From Dehalococcoidia bacterium (GTDB lineage Bacteria > Chloroflexota > Dehalococcoidia > UBA6926): DNA of 64,000 bases. Positions 37,141 to 46,542 of the stretch are shown here, piece after piece. A program made the translations under genes and the position numbers. Under the pieces are notes generated by a model, which saw only the letters and a program-made list of their open reading frames with translations, was not told the DNA's origin and did not search any database. The DNA is taken from contig OZ252041.1 in NCBI GenBank assembly GCA_965247995.1, positions 728,377-792,376 of the forward strand, in the 5' to 3' direction. Position 1 is the first letter of the stretch; each line of letters starts with the position of its first letter.

Positions 37141-38400
37141 ATGGACTTTGAGTATCACTACACCGTCGAGCAGCAGCAGTTTCGGCAGGAGGTCCGGGCC
37201 TGGTTGGCGGACAACTGGCCGAAAGACCTGAACCGGGGCCAGGACTACAAGCACACGCCGGCCGAGTCGTGGCGTCGCTTGAAGCGGTTCCGAGAGGAGA
37301 TGGGCGAGAAGGGTTGGCTGCATCCGACGTACCCAACTGAGTACGGCGGCGGCGGTCTGTCCGGTGCGCTGGCCGTGGTGATCGCGGAGGAACTCCGTGA
37401 GGTGACAGGCGGTGGCGGCGAGGGGCTGATCTACGACAACCCGTTCGACATCGCTCCTTTATATGTATGGGGAACGGAAGAGCAGAAGCGGGAGTTGCTG
37501 CCGCGGCGGCTCCGTGGGGAGTTGCTCGGGTGGCAGTTGTTCACCGAGCCCGATGCGGGGTCAGACCTGGCAGGCCTGAAGACACGGGCAGTCCGGGACG
37601 GCGACGATTGGGTGATTTCTGGCGAGAAGGTCTTCGTGGGCGGCGATTCCGGGTATGTAGACCCGGAGACGAAGCTGCCGGACGAGGAGTTTCTTGGGAC
37701 ATCTCACCTGTTCACGCTGGCGGTGACGGACCCGGACGCGCCACGGCATCACAACATCGGCGCGTTCTTGATTCCCGGTGCGACGCCTGGGATCACGATC
37801 CAGACGCTGGACCTCCTGGTGGGACACGGGAAACGGCAGGTGTACCTGGAGGACGTTCGGGTGCCGGGCACGATGATGCTTGGCGGCGAGACGCAAGGAT
37901 GGCAGGTGTCGCAGACGGCGCTGGAGATCGAGCACGGGGGCGGCGGCGGGCCTCCACCGGAGGACAAGGCTGTGGCGGCGCTGATCGAGTGGGTCCGGCG
38001 GAACGGCAAGGGTTCCGACCCGCACGTGCGTCAGTTGGTGGCGCAAGCCTTTATAGAGAAGGATATTTTCCGGCTCTTCGCGACGCGGAACCACTGGATG
38101 GTCGAGACGAAGCAAGAGATGACATACCACGGGTCGCAGCAGGCGTTGTGGCGGAAGGAGTCGGGGATCCGGATTGCGGACGCAATCCGCGAGGTGATGG
38201 GTCCGCACGCGATGCTGGACTTCACGGACGAAGCGGCGGCGTTCAAGGGCGAGCTGGAGTTGCACCAGCGTGAGAGCCTGGCCGCGGCACACCCCGGCGG
38301 TACGGTGGAAGTGCAGAAAGTGATCATGGCCCGTCGCATGGGCGTGAGCCGGACGCGGGAACGGGCTGCGCCGACACCGGCGACGGTCGGGTCTCGGTAA
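37141..38400 (+). CDS. Acyl-CoA dehydrogenase family protein (419 aa)
   Basis: Trimmed to ATG 37141 (MDFEYHYTVEQQQFRQEV...). FTEPDAGSDLAGLKTRAVRDGDDWVISGEKVF; C-terminus HPGGTVEVQKVIMARRMG. Confidence 0.9.
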   Translation: MDFEYHYTVEQQQFRQEVRAWLADNWPKDLNRGQDYKHTPAESWRRLKRFREEMGEKGWLHPTYPTEYGGGGLSGALAVVIAEELREVTGGGGEGLIYDNPFDIAPLYVWGTEEQKRELLPRRLRGELLGWQLFTEPDAGSDLAGLKTRAVRDGDDWVISGEKVFVGGDSGYVDPETKLPDEEFLGTSHLFTLAVTDPDAPRHHNIGAFLIPGATPGITIQTLDLLVGHGKRQVYLEDVRVPGTMMLGGETQGWQVSQTALEIEHGGGGGPPPEDKAVAALIEWVRRNGKGSDPHVRQLVAQAFIEKDIFRLFATRNHWMVETKQEMTYHGSQQALWRKESGIRIADAIREVMGPHAMLDFTDEAAAFKGELELHQRESLAAAHPGGTVEVQKVIMARRMGVSRTRERAAPTPATVGSR

Positions 38401-38412
38401 GGGGCGTGGGCG

Positions 38413-39567
38413 ATGGACCTATCTCTCACGACCGAACAGAGTTTGTTGAAACAGACCGTCCAGGACTTCATTGGGCGGGAGTTACCTAAGGAGCGCGTGC
38501 GCGAGCTGTTCGACTCGCCGACGGGGTTCGCACCGGACATCTGGCAGCAAATGAGCAACCTGGGCTGGACGGGGATGATTATCCCGGCCGCGTACGGGGG
38601 CCAGGGCTCGGACTTCACGACCCTGGGAGTGCTGTTCGAAGAGTTGGGCGCTGGGTTGTGTTGTGGTCCGCTGTTGTCGTCGTCGGTGATGTGCGCGACG
38701 GCGATTTTGGAGGGCGGGACTGAGGAGCAGAAGACTTCTTTACTGCCGGTGGTGGCTCGGGGCGAGCGGATCTTAGCGTTCGCGTTTACGGAGTCGGACT
38801 ACGGTTGGTCGCCGGACAAGATCGCGTTGTCGATCAGTGAACAGGGGTCCGACTACGTCCTGAACGGGACGAAGATGTTCGTGCCGGACGCTCATATCGC
38901 GGACCAGATGTTGGTGGTGGGCCGGAGCGCAGCGGGCGAGGGCGGCGCTGGGTTGACGGCGGCGTTGGTCGACCGCGAGGCGCCGGGCGTGACGATTCGC
39001 ACGTTGAGCGGATGGCTGGGCGACACGATGGCCGAGATCACGTTCCGGAACGTCCGGGTAGCGGGTTCGGCGCTGGTCGGGCCGGCGGGCGGGGCATGGG
39101 CGTCGATCGAGAAGGCGCTGGACGCGGGGACGATTGCGCTGTCCGCGTACATGCTCGGCGGGTGCCGGCGGGTGTTCGAGATGAGCATCGAGCGGAGCCA
39201 GACCCGGATCGCGTTCGGTGTGGCGATCGGAACGCTGCAGCACGTGCAGAACTACCTGGTGGAGATGGCCAACATCGAGGAGTCGACGCGGTGGTCGACG
39301 TTCGAGGCGCTGTGGAAGATCGACGAGGGGCGCGCGGACGCGGCTGGGGCGATCTCGATGGCGAAGGCGATTGTGAGCGACGGGTATGTCCGTGCTGCCG
39401 AGGGTGCACACCACGTGCATGCGGGGTTGGGCGTTGATATGGGGTATGGGTTGCCGTACTACACGCAGAAGGCGCGGACGCTGCAGGGGTATTTGGGCGA
39501 CGTGACACACCACCGGGACCGGATGGCCGGGTTACTGGAGTTGGACGCGCCTTTGGCTGCTGTGTAG
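38413..39567 (+). CDS. Acyl-CoA dehydrogenase family protein (384 aa, beta-like member of a gene pair)
   Basis: MDLSLTTEQSLLKQTVQDFIGRE...; ACAD middle and C-terminal domains. The C-terminus ...YLGDVTHHRDRMAGLL lacks YEGT. Confidence 0.9.
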   Translation: MDLSLTTEQSLLKQTVQDFIGRELPKERVRELFDSPTGFAPDIWQQMSNLGWTGMIIPAAYGGQGSDFTTLGVLFEELGAGLCCGPLLSSSVMCATAILEGGTEEQKTSLLPVVARGERILAFAFTESDYGWSPDKIALSISEQGSDYVLNGTKMFVPDAHIADQMLVVGRSAAGEGGAGLTAALVDREAPGVTIRTLSGWLGDTMAEITFRNVRVAGSALVGPAGGAWASIEKALDAGTIALSAYMLGGCRRVFEMSIERSQTRIAFGVAIGTLQHVQNYLVEMANIEESTRWSTFEALWKIDEGRADAAGAISMAKAIVSDGYVRAAEGAHHVHAGLGVDMGYGLPYYTQKARTLQGYLGDVTHHRDRMAGLLELDAPLAAV

Positions 39568-39789
39568 TCGGGGTTGTTGGGGGTCGTCGGGCGAGATCCG
39601 CCAATCGTTGTTCGTGCTGGGTTGCTGCTAGGATCGTTCCGCTGCTGGGCTGGCGGTCGTTTGAGATTGGATGCTCGGTCCTAAGTAGACTGGGGCCTCT
39701 AGTGAAGCTCCCCGCCGAACGAGCGTCTGGCACGCACCGTGCAGAACGTGGCGCGTGAGCGTCGCGTCGGCGGTGGCTCAGGAAGCGTG

Positions 39790-40677
39790 ATGCGCGGACT
39801 CTGTGTCGAGTCGCTGCGGCCCTGGAACGCCAAGGTGTGGAAGACACCGCTGATCGCGGTCGGCGTGTTCGTTGTGGCCGCGGTGGTGGCCGCGTGGATT
39901 ACCACCGATGTCTCGCGTGTCGATTTGACGAATATCCCAGATGTCGACTGCAGCAGCCCGAATGCCAACTCGGAACCGTGCGACCAATCGCAGGAGTTTG
40001 CGGGTTTCGGCATCGCAGGATGGCATGCGGTGGGACCACACAACCCACTGTTTATCCAAGTGAAGGCCACACCGGACACCGTTGCGGACGCCGAAGCAGC
40101 GTTACGGGCTGAGTTCATTCGGCGATACGGAGAGGGAGGAGACGGCGGCGACAGCACGATCTTCATTCCCGTGAAGTACGACTACGGGGAGCTGTGGAAG
40201 TGGTCGGTGATCCTGAACCGCTTCGCGACCTCGGCGGCGAATACGATCGGAATTCGGACTGCGCGGGTCGGCTTAAACCTCGACTGATACGAAGTCACGC
40301 TATTCCCGCTGCCGGACCTCAGGCCCCGGGTACAGTCCCTGGACCGTAGAGACTACCGGGAGACAATCGAGGTTGGCGCCTACGACGCCCAGCGCGTCGC
40401 AGACGCGTTACCGGACTTGCTGGGCCAGTTGGGCATCCCGGTAGATGCCGTGGGCGTGATTGGACAGTACAGAGATTGGACGGGGATTTCCATCCCAGAC
40501 ACCAACGAAGGCAGTGTGTCCAATACGCGCAGCCTGGATGCGTCAACGGATGGGACTGGGAGTGCGATCTGGATTGCGGCAGGGAGCGCCGGCGGTGCTG
40601 GGCTGCTAATCCTTAGCGGCTTGGCCTTTGTGACAGTGCGGTCTCGGCGACGAAGGCGGGGTCAGGCTGCGGCGTAG
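39790..40677 (+). pseudogene. Surface-anchored protein, paralog A, single frame interrupted by an in-frame TGA (40285-40287)
   Basis: ORFs 39739..40287 and 40417..40677 are in the same frame. Hand translation across the stop: ...RTARVGLNLD*YEVTLFPLPDLRP...DALPDLLGQLGIPVDAVGVIGQ..., colinear with paralog B. It has an N-terminal TM (from ATG 39790) and a C-terminal TM followed by RSRRRRRG. Confidence 0.55.
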
Positions 40678-41127
40678 CAACCTCTCCAAGTCGAGCGACT
40701 CGACAGGTTTCGGTTACGGAGGCCGCTGAGACGCGGTGGGTCCGTTCGTCGAGGCGTTCTGATTTGAGCGAGAGCGTGCACGGGGCACGCGCCAAGTCTC
40801 AGCTTCGACGTCGCGCCTGGTTGGGATTCCGTAAGGATTGCGATCGTTTCGGTCCGGCCGGGCCGACATCGCTGCGGACTCGGCGCAGCACGCTCGTCCA
40901 TCTGGGTCAACCCGTGCGATTGGGACGTACGGGTTCCACGCGCAAGGGAGGTGGGAGGTGTGGAGTCTGTGCAGCGCAACAGTGAAAGCGACATGCGGGA
41001 GCGGGAGCGAGGGCAGTAACACGAACGCCCCAGCAACAGTCAGGGTTGTCTCCCGTTCGTACACTGGGGCGATAACGGGTTTAGTGGTGCGACGGCGGCA
41101 CGGCGGGCATGGTGATGGGGATGGGCG

Positions 41128-42815
41128 GTGATCATGATGATCACGACGACGATGAACGAAGGCGGACGCCGCTGGCTGCGGGTGCTGGTGGCGTCGGCGG
41201 TGTTCTTGGGGCTGGCGGTGGTATTCCAAGTGACGGCTGGTGTTCCATCGTCGTTCGCGCAGACGCCCGACGTCGGCCGCGACACATCGATCTCGGGATC
41301 TGGGCCAGATGATTGCTGGGGCGGAGTTCTGAGCGCCGACCCGCTGCAGTGCTACGCGCTGGCGGAGGCCGAACGGGACGGGGTCCTGACGATGGAGGGG
41401 ATGTACGACGACGGGGAGGGAAAACTGTACATCTATATTGACCACCACGCTGCAGTGGGAAAGAGCAGCACGTACGCGGGGCTAGAGGAAGCGTTAGAGG
41501 AGCGGGGGGGGGAGTACGCGAATGCGAACCCGAATACGCCAACCTACGACTTCGAGCGGCACGTGTGCGGGAGAAACCCAGTGCTGGGAGCTGCCCTGTC
41601 TGCGCCACCGGCGACGTGGTTGGCATGCATCGTCGAGCATACGTTCCTAAGCGGCGATGTGATGCCCTACGAGCTGCCGTATGACGTGATCGACCTGCGG
41701 ACGGGGGGTGCAGAGGCGCGCTTCACGTGGGGCGGATGGGGGTCATGGACGCAGCTCTGGCCGGCGGACCCGGGAAGTTACAGCGGAGACGGGGTGGGTA
41801 ACCGGGACAGTGCGACGCGGGTGTTTGACGTGTCCGACGTGGACGTAGAGAACTTCCCTGCGTTCGATTGCAGCGAACAGCGGTCACTTCTGGGCGGAAG
41901 CGGCACAACATGCCGGGCATTCCACCGGCAACCAGCGGCGGGCATCGCTGGGTGGCACAGCTCGGGCGCCACGTTATACGCACAGGTCAAAGCCGACTCC
42001 GATTGATGAAGAAGCGGTTGAGCGGGCGCGTGCCGCGATCATCGCCGAGTGGGATTTCGGCGATGGCGCCCGGCTGGTGGTGATTCCTGTGAAGTACAGC
42101 CTGGAGGAGCTGTGGCGGTGGGCGGTGGTGCTGAACCGGTTCTCGGTGTCAGCTGGCAACACGGTTGGGATCACGGGCGCGGCTATCAATTCCAACAAAG
42201 GGGGGGGGGTACCCAGACAAAGTCATCTACCCACTCACAGAGTTGCAACCGATGGATCCAGTCGATCTTTCGAAGGTCCGCGAGACGATACGAATCTGGA
42301 CACCGAACGCCCAACGAGCGGCCAACGCTTTGCCGACGCTGTTGCCGAAACTTGGCATTCCGGTGGACGCGGTGGGCATCGTGGCACAATCACCGAGCGA
42401 ACCGCGTGGTTTAGCTTTTACAAGCCCCGCGCCAGCGGGGCCAGACGCAGTGACTGGAGGAATCTCTGGAATCCGCATTACGAAGATACCGTCGGCGTCG
42501 GCGTCGGCGAGTGACGCGCAGGCGCAGCCCGGCTCCGATGCTCCGGCAGCAACTGGAGAGGCGGAGGGGACGAGTGCGGGCGGGGGTGGGTCCGCAGTTG
42601 ACAACGCGAGACAGTTCGTAGCGGCGGTGTCTGAGTCGTCGACGACGGCTGATGCCGCGCTGGCTGCCGGAGGAGATGCGGTCGAGAGCAGCGGGAGCAA
42701 TAGCGGCGGGTGGTCGGCAGTGGCGGTGCTTCTGGCGATTCTGGCGGGGGTTGGCGTCACGTTAGCGGCTGTTACGATTCGGAGGCGACGGACAAGCCAC
42801 GCGGCAGCGGCGTGA
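41128..42815 (+). pseudogene. Surface-anchored protein, paralog B, split into three frames (extra base near 41995; G10 tract at 42200-42209)
   Basis: Piece 1 is 41128..42006 (signal peptide; ends ...GIAGWHSSGATLYAQVKAD). Piece 2 is in the adjacent frame (TPIDEEAVERARAAIIAEWDFGDGARLVVIPVKYSLEELWRWAVVLNRF...NSNKGGG). Piece 3 is 42165..42815 (...YPDKVIYPLTELQP...LPKLGIPVDAVGIVAQ...TM...RRRR). Order and sequence parallel paralog A. Confidence 0.55.
42200..42209 (+). repeat. Homopolymeric G10 tract at a frameshift junction
   Basis: Read directly: ...caacaaa-gggggggggg-taccc. G9 would join NSNKGGG to YPDKVIYPL in frame. Confidence 0.95.
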
Positions 42816-43261
42816 GGTCGTTTTGTAGCTGACCGTTCGCTGGGCCGCGGTGTGCGGGTAATGGGTTCGGCCTCGATCTCAACCTCTGCGTGAAGCCATT
42901 CGGCCAGGTTGTGGGATGGACGACTCGTTTGGGTTGGCGACGGTGATGATGGTCGCCATACGTGGCCATGGTGGTGCGGCGATTGAAAATGCGCCGCGGG
43001 CCGCTGCGCTACTATCCGGCTCCTGGAGTCGGCCCCTAGGATTCAGCGCACAGCCCGTTCGTCGGGATTTGCGCGGGCCGATCCTTTGCTCGATCGGACA
43101 TCGGTCCGGGGACGGCCGCTAGCTCCAACTCGCTCACCGCTTGCACATGAAGCGAGGGGGTCAAGCGCCCCTTCGTGCTCCTCGTTGAGGATCGTGCGGC
43201 GCCATCGTGGAATGCGAGCCCATGCGACCTCGTGCGCGGAGCGACGGGATGTGGAGCTAGG

Positions 43262-44056
43262 TCAGCAGGTGGTCTCGGACGGTAGATGCTGTGGCTGAGG
43301 CGTGGGGAAGCTAGGCGCGGTGGGGTCGCGGTGTTCTGTTGCCTCGGCGGTTCGTGGGTAGGGCGTTGGGCGGCCGACGTGGAAGTTTTCGATGGGGTGG
43401 AATTCGCCTGAGCGGAGGGCGTCGATGAGGTCGCGCTCGTGGCGGATGTCGGCGGTGAAGACGGTGGTGCCTTTGCCGAGGCCGGCGGCTGAGTGGGCGT
43501 CGCTTCCGCCGGTGCCGATCTTGCCGAGCGCGGTGACGACGTCGTGGGCGAACTGGTTCTCGCGCTGGGTGCCGCCGCCGTTAACGACTTCGACTTCGTG
43601 AACGAGCGGGAAGACGGGGTGCTCGGCGGCCTGTTCCGGGGTGGCAGGGACGGTCTTGGGGTCGGGGAAGAGGGTGTTCTGGGTGAAGAGGCCGGCGGGG
43701 TTGAAGAGGAAGCGGAAGGGGTGGGCGAGGACGAGGACGGCGCCCTGGCGGTCGGCTTCGGCGCGGAGGCGTTTGACGGCGTTGAGGCCGTCATGGAGGG
43801 AGGGGATGTGGGCGTCGAGGCCGAAGGCGAGGACGTGGCCGACGGGGGTGTAGACCTCGAGGGCTCGAACAAGGACCAGGTCGTCGACGGTGTCGGCGAA
43901 GGTCTCGAAGTCGTGTCTGGCCCAGCCGTTGTGTTCGGTGACGGCGAGGCCGTTCAGTCCGATGCGTTTGGCTTCGGCGACGAGGTCGGCCGGTTCGAGG
44001 GACGAGTCGGGGCTGCCTCGGTTGGTGTGGACGTGAAGGTCGAAGATGGAGGGCAT
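43262..44056 (-). CDS. PHP-domain metal-dependent phosphoesterase
   Basis: Trimmed to ATG 44056 (MPSIFDLHVHTNRGSPDS...AVTEHN...). Later GGSDAHS. These are the PHP His/Asp motifs. Confidence 0.8.
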   Translation of the reverse strand: MPSIFDLHVHTNRGSPDSSLEPADLVAEAKRIGLNGLAVTEHNGWARHDFETFADTVDDLVLVRALEVYTPVGHVLAFGLDAHIPSLHDGLNAVKRLRAEADRQGAVLVLAHPFRFLFNPAGLFTQNTLFPDPKTVPATPEQAAEHPVFPLVHEVEVVNGGGTQRENQFAHDVVTALGKIGTGGSDAHSAAGLGKGTTVFTADIRHERDLIDALRSGEFHPIENFHVGRPTPYPRTAEATEHRDPTAPSFPTPQPQHLPSETTC

Positions 44057-44245
44057 GGAGGGACGGTCTTTCGCCGAAGAGGTGGCGGGAGGCATGGTAG
44101 CGAATGGGATGGCAGGCGTGCGGGCTGCGGGGACGGCACCCATTTCATTTGAAAGAGCGAGGGGGACTGCTCCCCCTTGCGCACCCCGCGCATTCGGGGT
44201 CGATTGGGGAGGTGCAGTGCGTTGGGCGACGCACGATAATGGGGC

Positions 44246-45271
44246 GTGAATGCTCAGGCTTGGAGTGGCAGTAGGAGGCAGCGGGTGATTGGAACGCGAA
44301 CGCGGGGCTCAGCTTTCGGGGTGATGGCGGCGGTGTTGTTGGTGGCCGCCGGGTTGGCGTTGCTGATCGGGGCCTGCGGAGGTGGAGACGACGAGCCTGA
44401 GCCAACGCCGATAGAGCCGACGCCGACTGCGATGATGCCGGCCGTCGATACGTTCCGGCCGATCACGGCGATCTTGGAGGAGGACCCGCTGGCGTTCTTC
44501 GCGTCGATCCCGCCCTTTGAGCGGAACTGCCTGGTGCAGGTCGTGGGGACGGTGCGGTTCGACGAGATCGCTCAGGGTTCGCCGATTGCGAGCGCCGAGG
44601 GGGACCTGCTGCTGGGGTGCATCACCGGAGTGACCGCTGGGCGGTTCGTGGCGGGCAGTCTGATCAACGAAACGACTCTGGAGTCGTTGTCGACGGAGAC
44701 GCTGGACTGCATGGAGGTGGAGTTCGCGGACCTGACGCCGTCGGACTTCGTGGACAGCATCGAGGGGTTGTCGACGGACGAACTGTTGGTGGACCTGTCC
44801 GGGGTGTCTGGGGCATCGCTGGACGCGTTATTAGGAGCGCTGTTCTGTCTGAACGATGAGGAGCGGGCGGCGGTGGACGCGAGACTGGCGGGCGAAGTGG
44901 GGGATGAACTGGCGCTGACGATCGATCAGGTCGAGTGCTTGGACCGTGAGCTGGGGGGCGAGGGGTTCTCGGGGTTCATCGGTGGAGGCGAAGCCCTTCC
45001 GCTCAACTTGTTAGGCACGTTGGCGGTATGTGGGGTGGACCTGAGCGGGATCAGCGGGGCGATGCCGGTGCCGGCGCCGGGAGGTGGAGGTACCGGGGAG
45101 GAGGCGTTTGGCAGCCTGACCCCGGAGCAGATGATCTGCCTCCAAGAGGCTGGGGTGGTGTCGCGGTTGGAGCGCGGTGACATTGGGCTGGACATGCTGA
45201 ACGACTTGACGGGGTGCGGGGTTGATCTGTCGGAGTTGGAGGCGTTGGCGGGTGTTGGTGGTGGCGGGTAG
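44246..45271 (+). CDS. Hypothetical lipoprotein with paired-Cys acidic repeats
   Basis: Lipobox LALLIGAC followed by GGGDDEPEPTP. Repeated D/E/L/G-rich segments contain spaced Cys. The start may be ATG 44324 instead. Confidence 0.6.
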   Translation: MNAQAWSGSRRQRVIGTRTRGSAFGVMAAVLLVAAGLALLIGACGGGDDEPEPTPIEPTPTAMMPAVDTFRPITAILEEDPLAFFASIPPFERNCLVQVVGTVRFDEIAQGSPIASAEGDLLLGCITGVTAGRFVAGSLINETTLESLSTETLDCMEVEFADLTPSDFVDSIEGLSTDELLVDLSGVSGASLDALLGALFCLNDEERAAVDARLAGEVGDELALTIDQVECLDRELGGEGFSGFIGGGEALPLNLLGTLAVCGVDLSGISGAMPVPAPGGGGTGEEAFGSLTPEQMICLQEAGVVSRLERGDIGLDMLNDLTGCGVDLSELEALAGVGGGG

Positions 45272-45831
45272 CGGGGGCGCATGCAATCTGAAGGTGTTCC
45301 TTGCAATGTGTGCAGCACCCTAGTGAGGCGAGCGGCGAACCTCTCCTCCTTCTGCGATGCGCGGGGCCCGAGTGCGGTGGCCCCAGATATTTTCGCCAAG
45401 GCCGTGGTCTACGGCGATGCTACTTGTCAATCCCGGAGCGATTGCGAGGTCGTACCGCTGGGAGACTTCGGTGAGTTGGTGGAGAGCTTTTGAAGCCTGT
45501 CATCGAGAGCACCGCAGTTCGAGGTCGTTTCGGGACTCACTGACGAAGAGGATGCGCGACACGGTTACATTCCCGTTACGTTAAGTGTATTTGGGAACGA
45601 GACGTTCGCATTCAACACGGATGTTAGGCGCGGGAAGGCAGGCATAATCTCGTGGTTATGTGAACCGGAGAGCGTGTGGTGTGCGCGTCCAGAATTGTGA
45701 GTAATGTAGATATCGAGCTTTCGTCGTTGCGCTTCGCGGCGGCGAGCGCGGGGCCGCCTTGGGTGCCTCAGGCAAGGCAGCGGGGCGACGTGATAAGGAC
45801 GGGGTTCCGAGTACATGTGAGGCGGTAACTA

Positions 45832-46539
45832 GTGAGTGCAATTATCGAGGCGAAGGGTGTGGTGAAGACGTACCACACGGGCGAGATCGAAGTGCACGCG
45901 ATGCAAGGGGTGGACTTGACCATCGAGCAGGGTGAGATGGTGGCGGTGATGGGGCCGTCCGGGTCCGGGAAGACGACGCTACTGAACACGTTCTCGGGGA
46001 TCGACGACGTGACGAGTGGCGAGGTGATGATCGACGGGGTGTCGATCCACGCGATGTCGGACCGGGAGCGGACGCGGTACCGGGCGTTGAACATGGGGTT
46101 CGTGTTCCAGTCGTACAACCTGCTGCCGGTGCTGACCGGAGCTGAGAACGTGGAGCTTCCGCTGCTGCTGGCGGGCCAGAGCCAGTCCAAGGCCCGGGCG
46201 CGAGCGCTCGAGGTGCTCGAGTTGGTGGACCTGACGGACCAGGCCAACAAGCGGCCGGCGGAGATGTCCGGGGGACAGCAGCAGCGGGTGACGATCGCGC
46301 GGGCGCTGGTAAACGCACCGGCGATCGTGTGGGCCGACGAGCCGACGGGCGCGTTGGATACGGAGACGAGCACGCTGATCATGGACCTGCTGTGCCAGAT
46401 GAACGAGGAGCAGCGCCAGACGTTCGTTCTGGTCACACACGATCCGACGGTGGGTTCGCGGGCACAACGGATCATCCAGATGCGGGACGGCCTGATCGAG
46501 AGCGACGAACAGCAGTCCGTGAACGGCCGGCAGGCGTAG
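45832..46539 (+). CDS. ABC transporter ATP-binding protein (MacB/LolD/FtsE-like)
   Basis: GTG start. Walker [10 protein letters not shown], signature MSGGQQQRV, Walker [13 protein letters not shown]. Confidence 0.92.
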   Translation: MSAIIEAKGVVKTYHTGEIEVHAMQGVDLTIEQGEMVAVMGPSGSGKTTLLNTFSGIDDVTSGEVMIDGVSIHAMSDRERTRYRALNMGFVFQSYNLLPVLTGAENVELPLLLAGQSQSKARARALEVLELVDLTDQANKRPAEMSGGQQQRVTIARALVNAPAIVWADEPTGALDTETSTLIMDLLCQMNEEQRQTFVLVTHDPTVGSRAQRIIQMRDGLIESDEQQSVNGRQA

Positions 46540-46542
46540 CCG

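Noticed and set aside
40285-40287. Selenocysteine recoding of the in-frame TGA
   Set aside because: The aligned position in the paralog is Gly/Tyr, not Cys. I could not fold a convincing SECIS-like hairpin immediately downstream, and surface proteins are not typical selenoproteins.
40714-41448. 244-aa minus ORF between/over the surface-protein paralogs; also 43036..43872 and 43493..44152 over the PHP gene, and 45768..46676 over the ABC ATPase
   Set aside because: Antisense or low-complexity frames with no motifs. The opposite strand carries recognisable genes or the region is better explained as a spacer.
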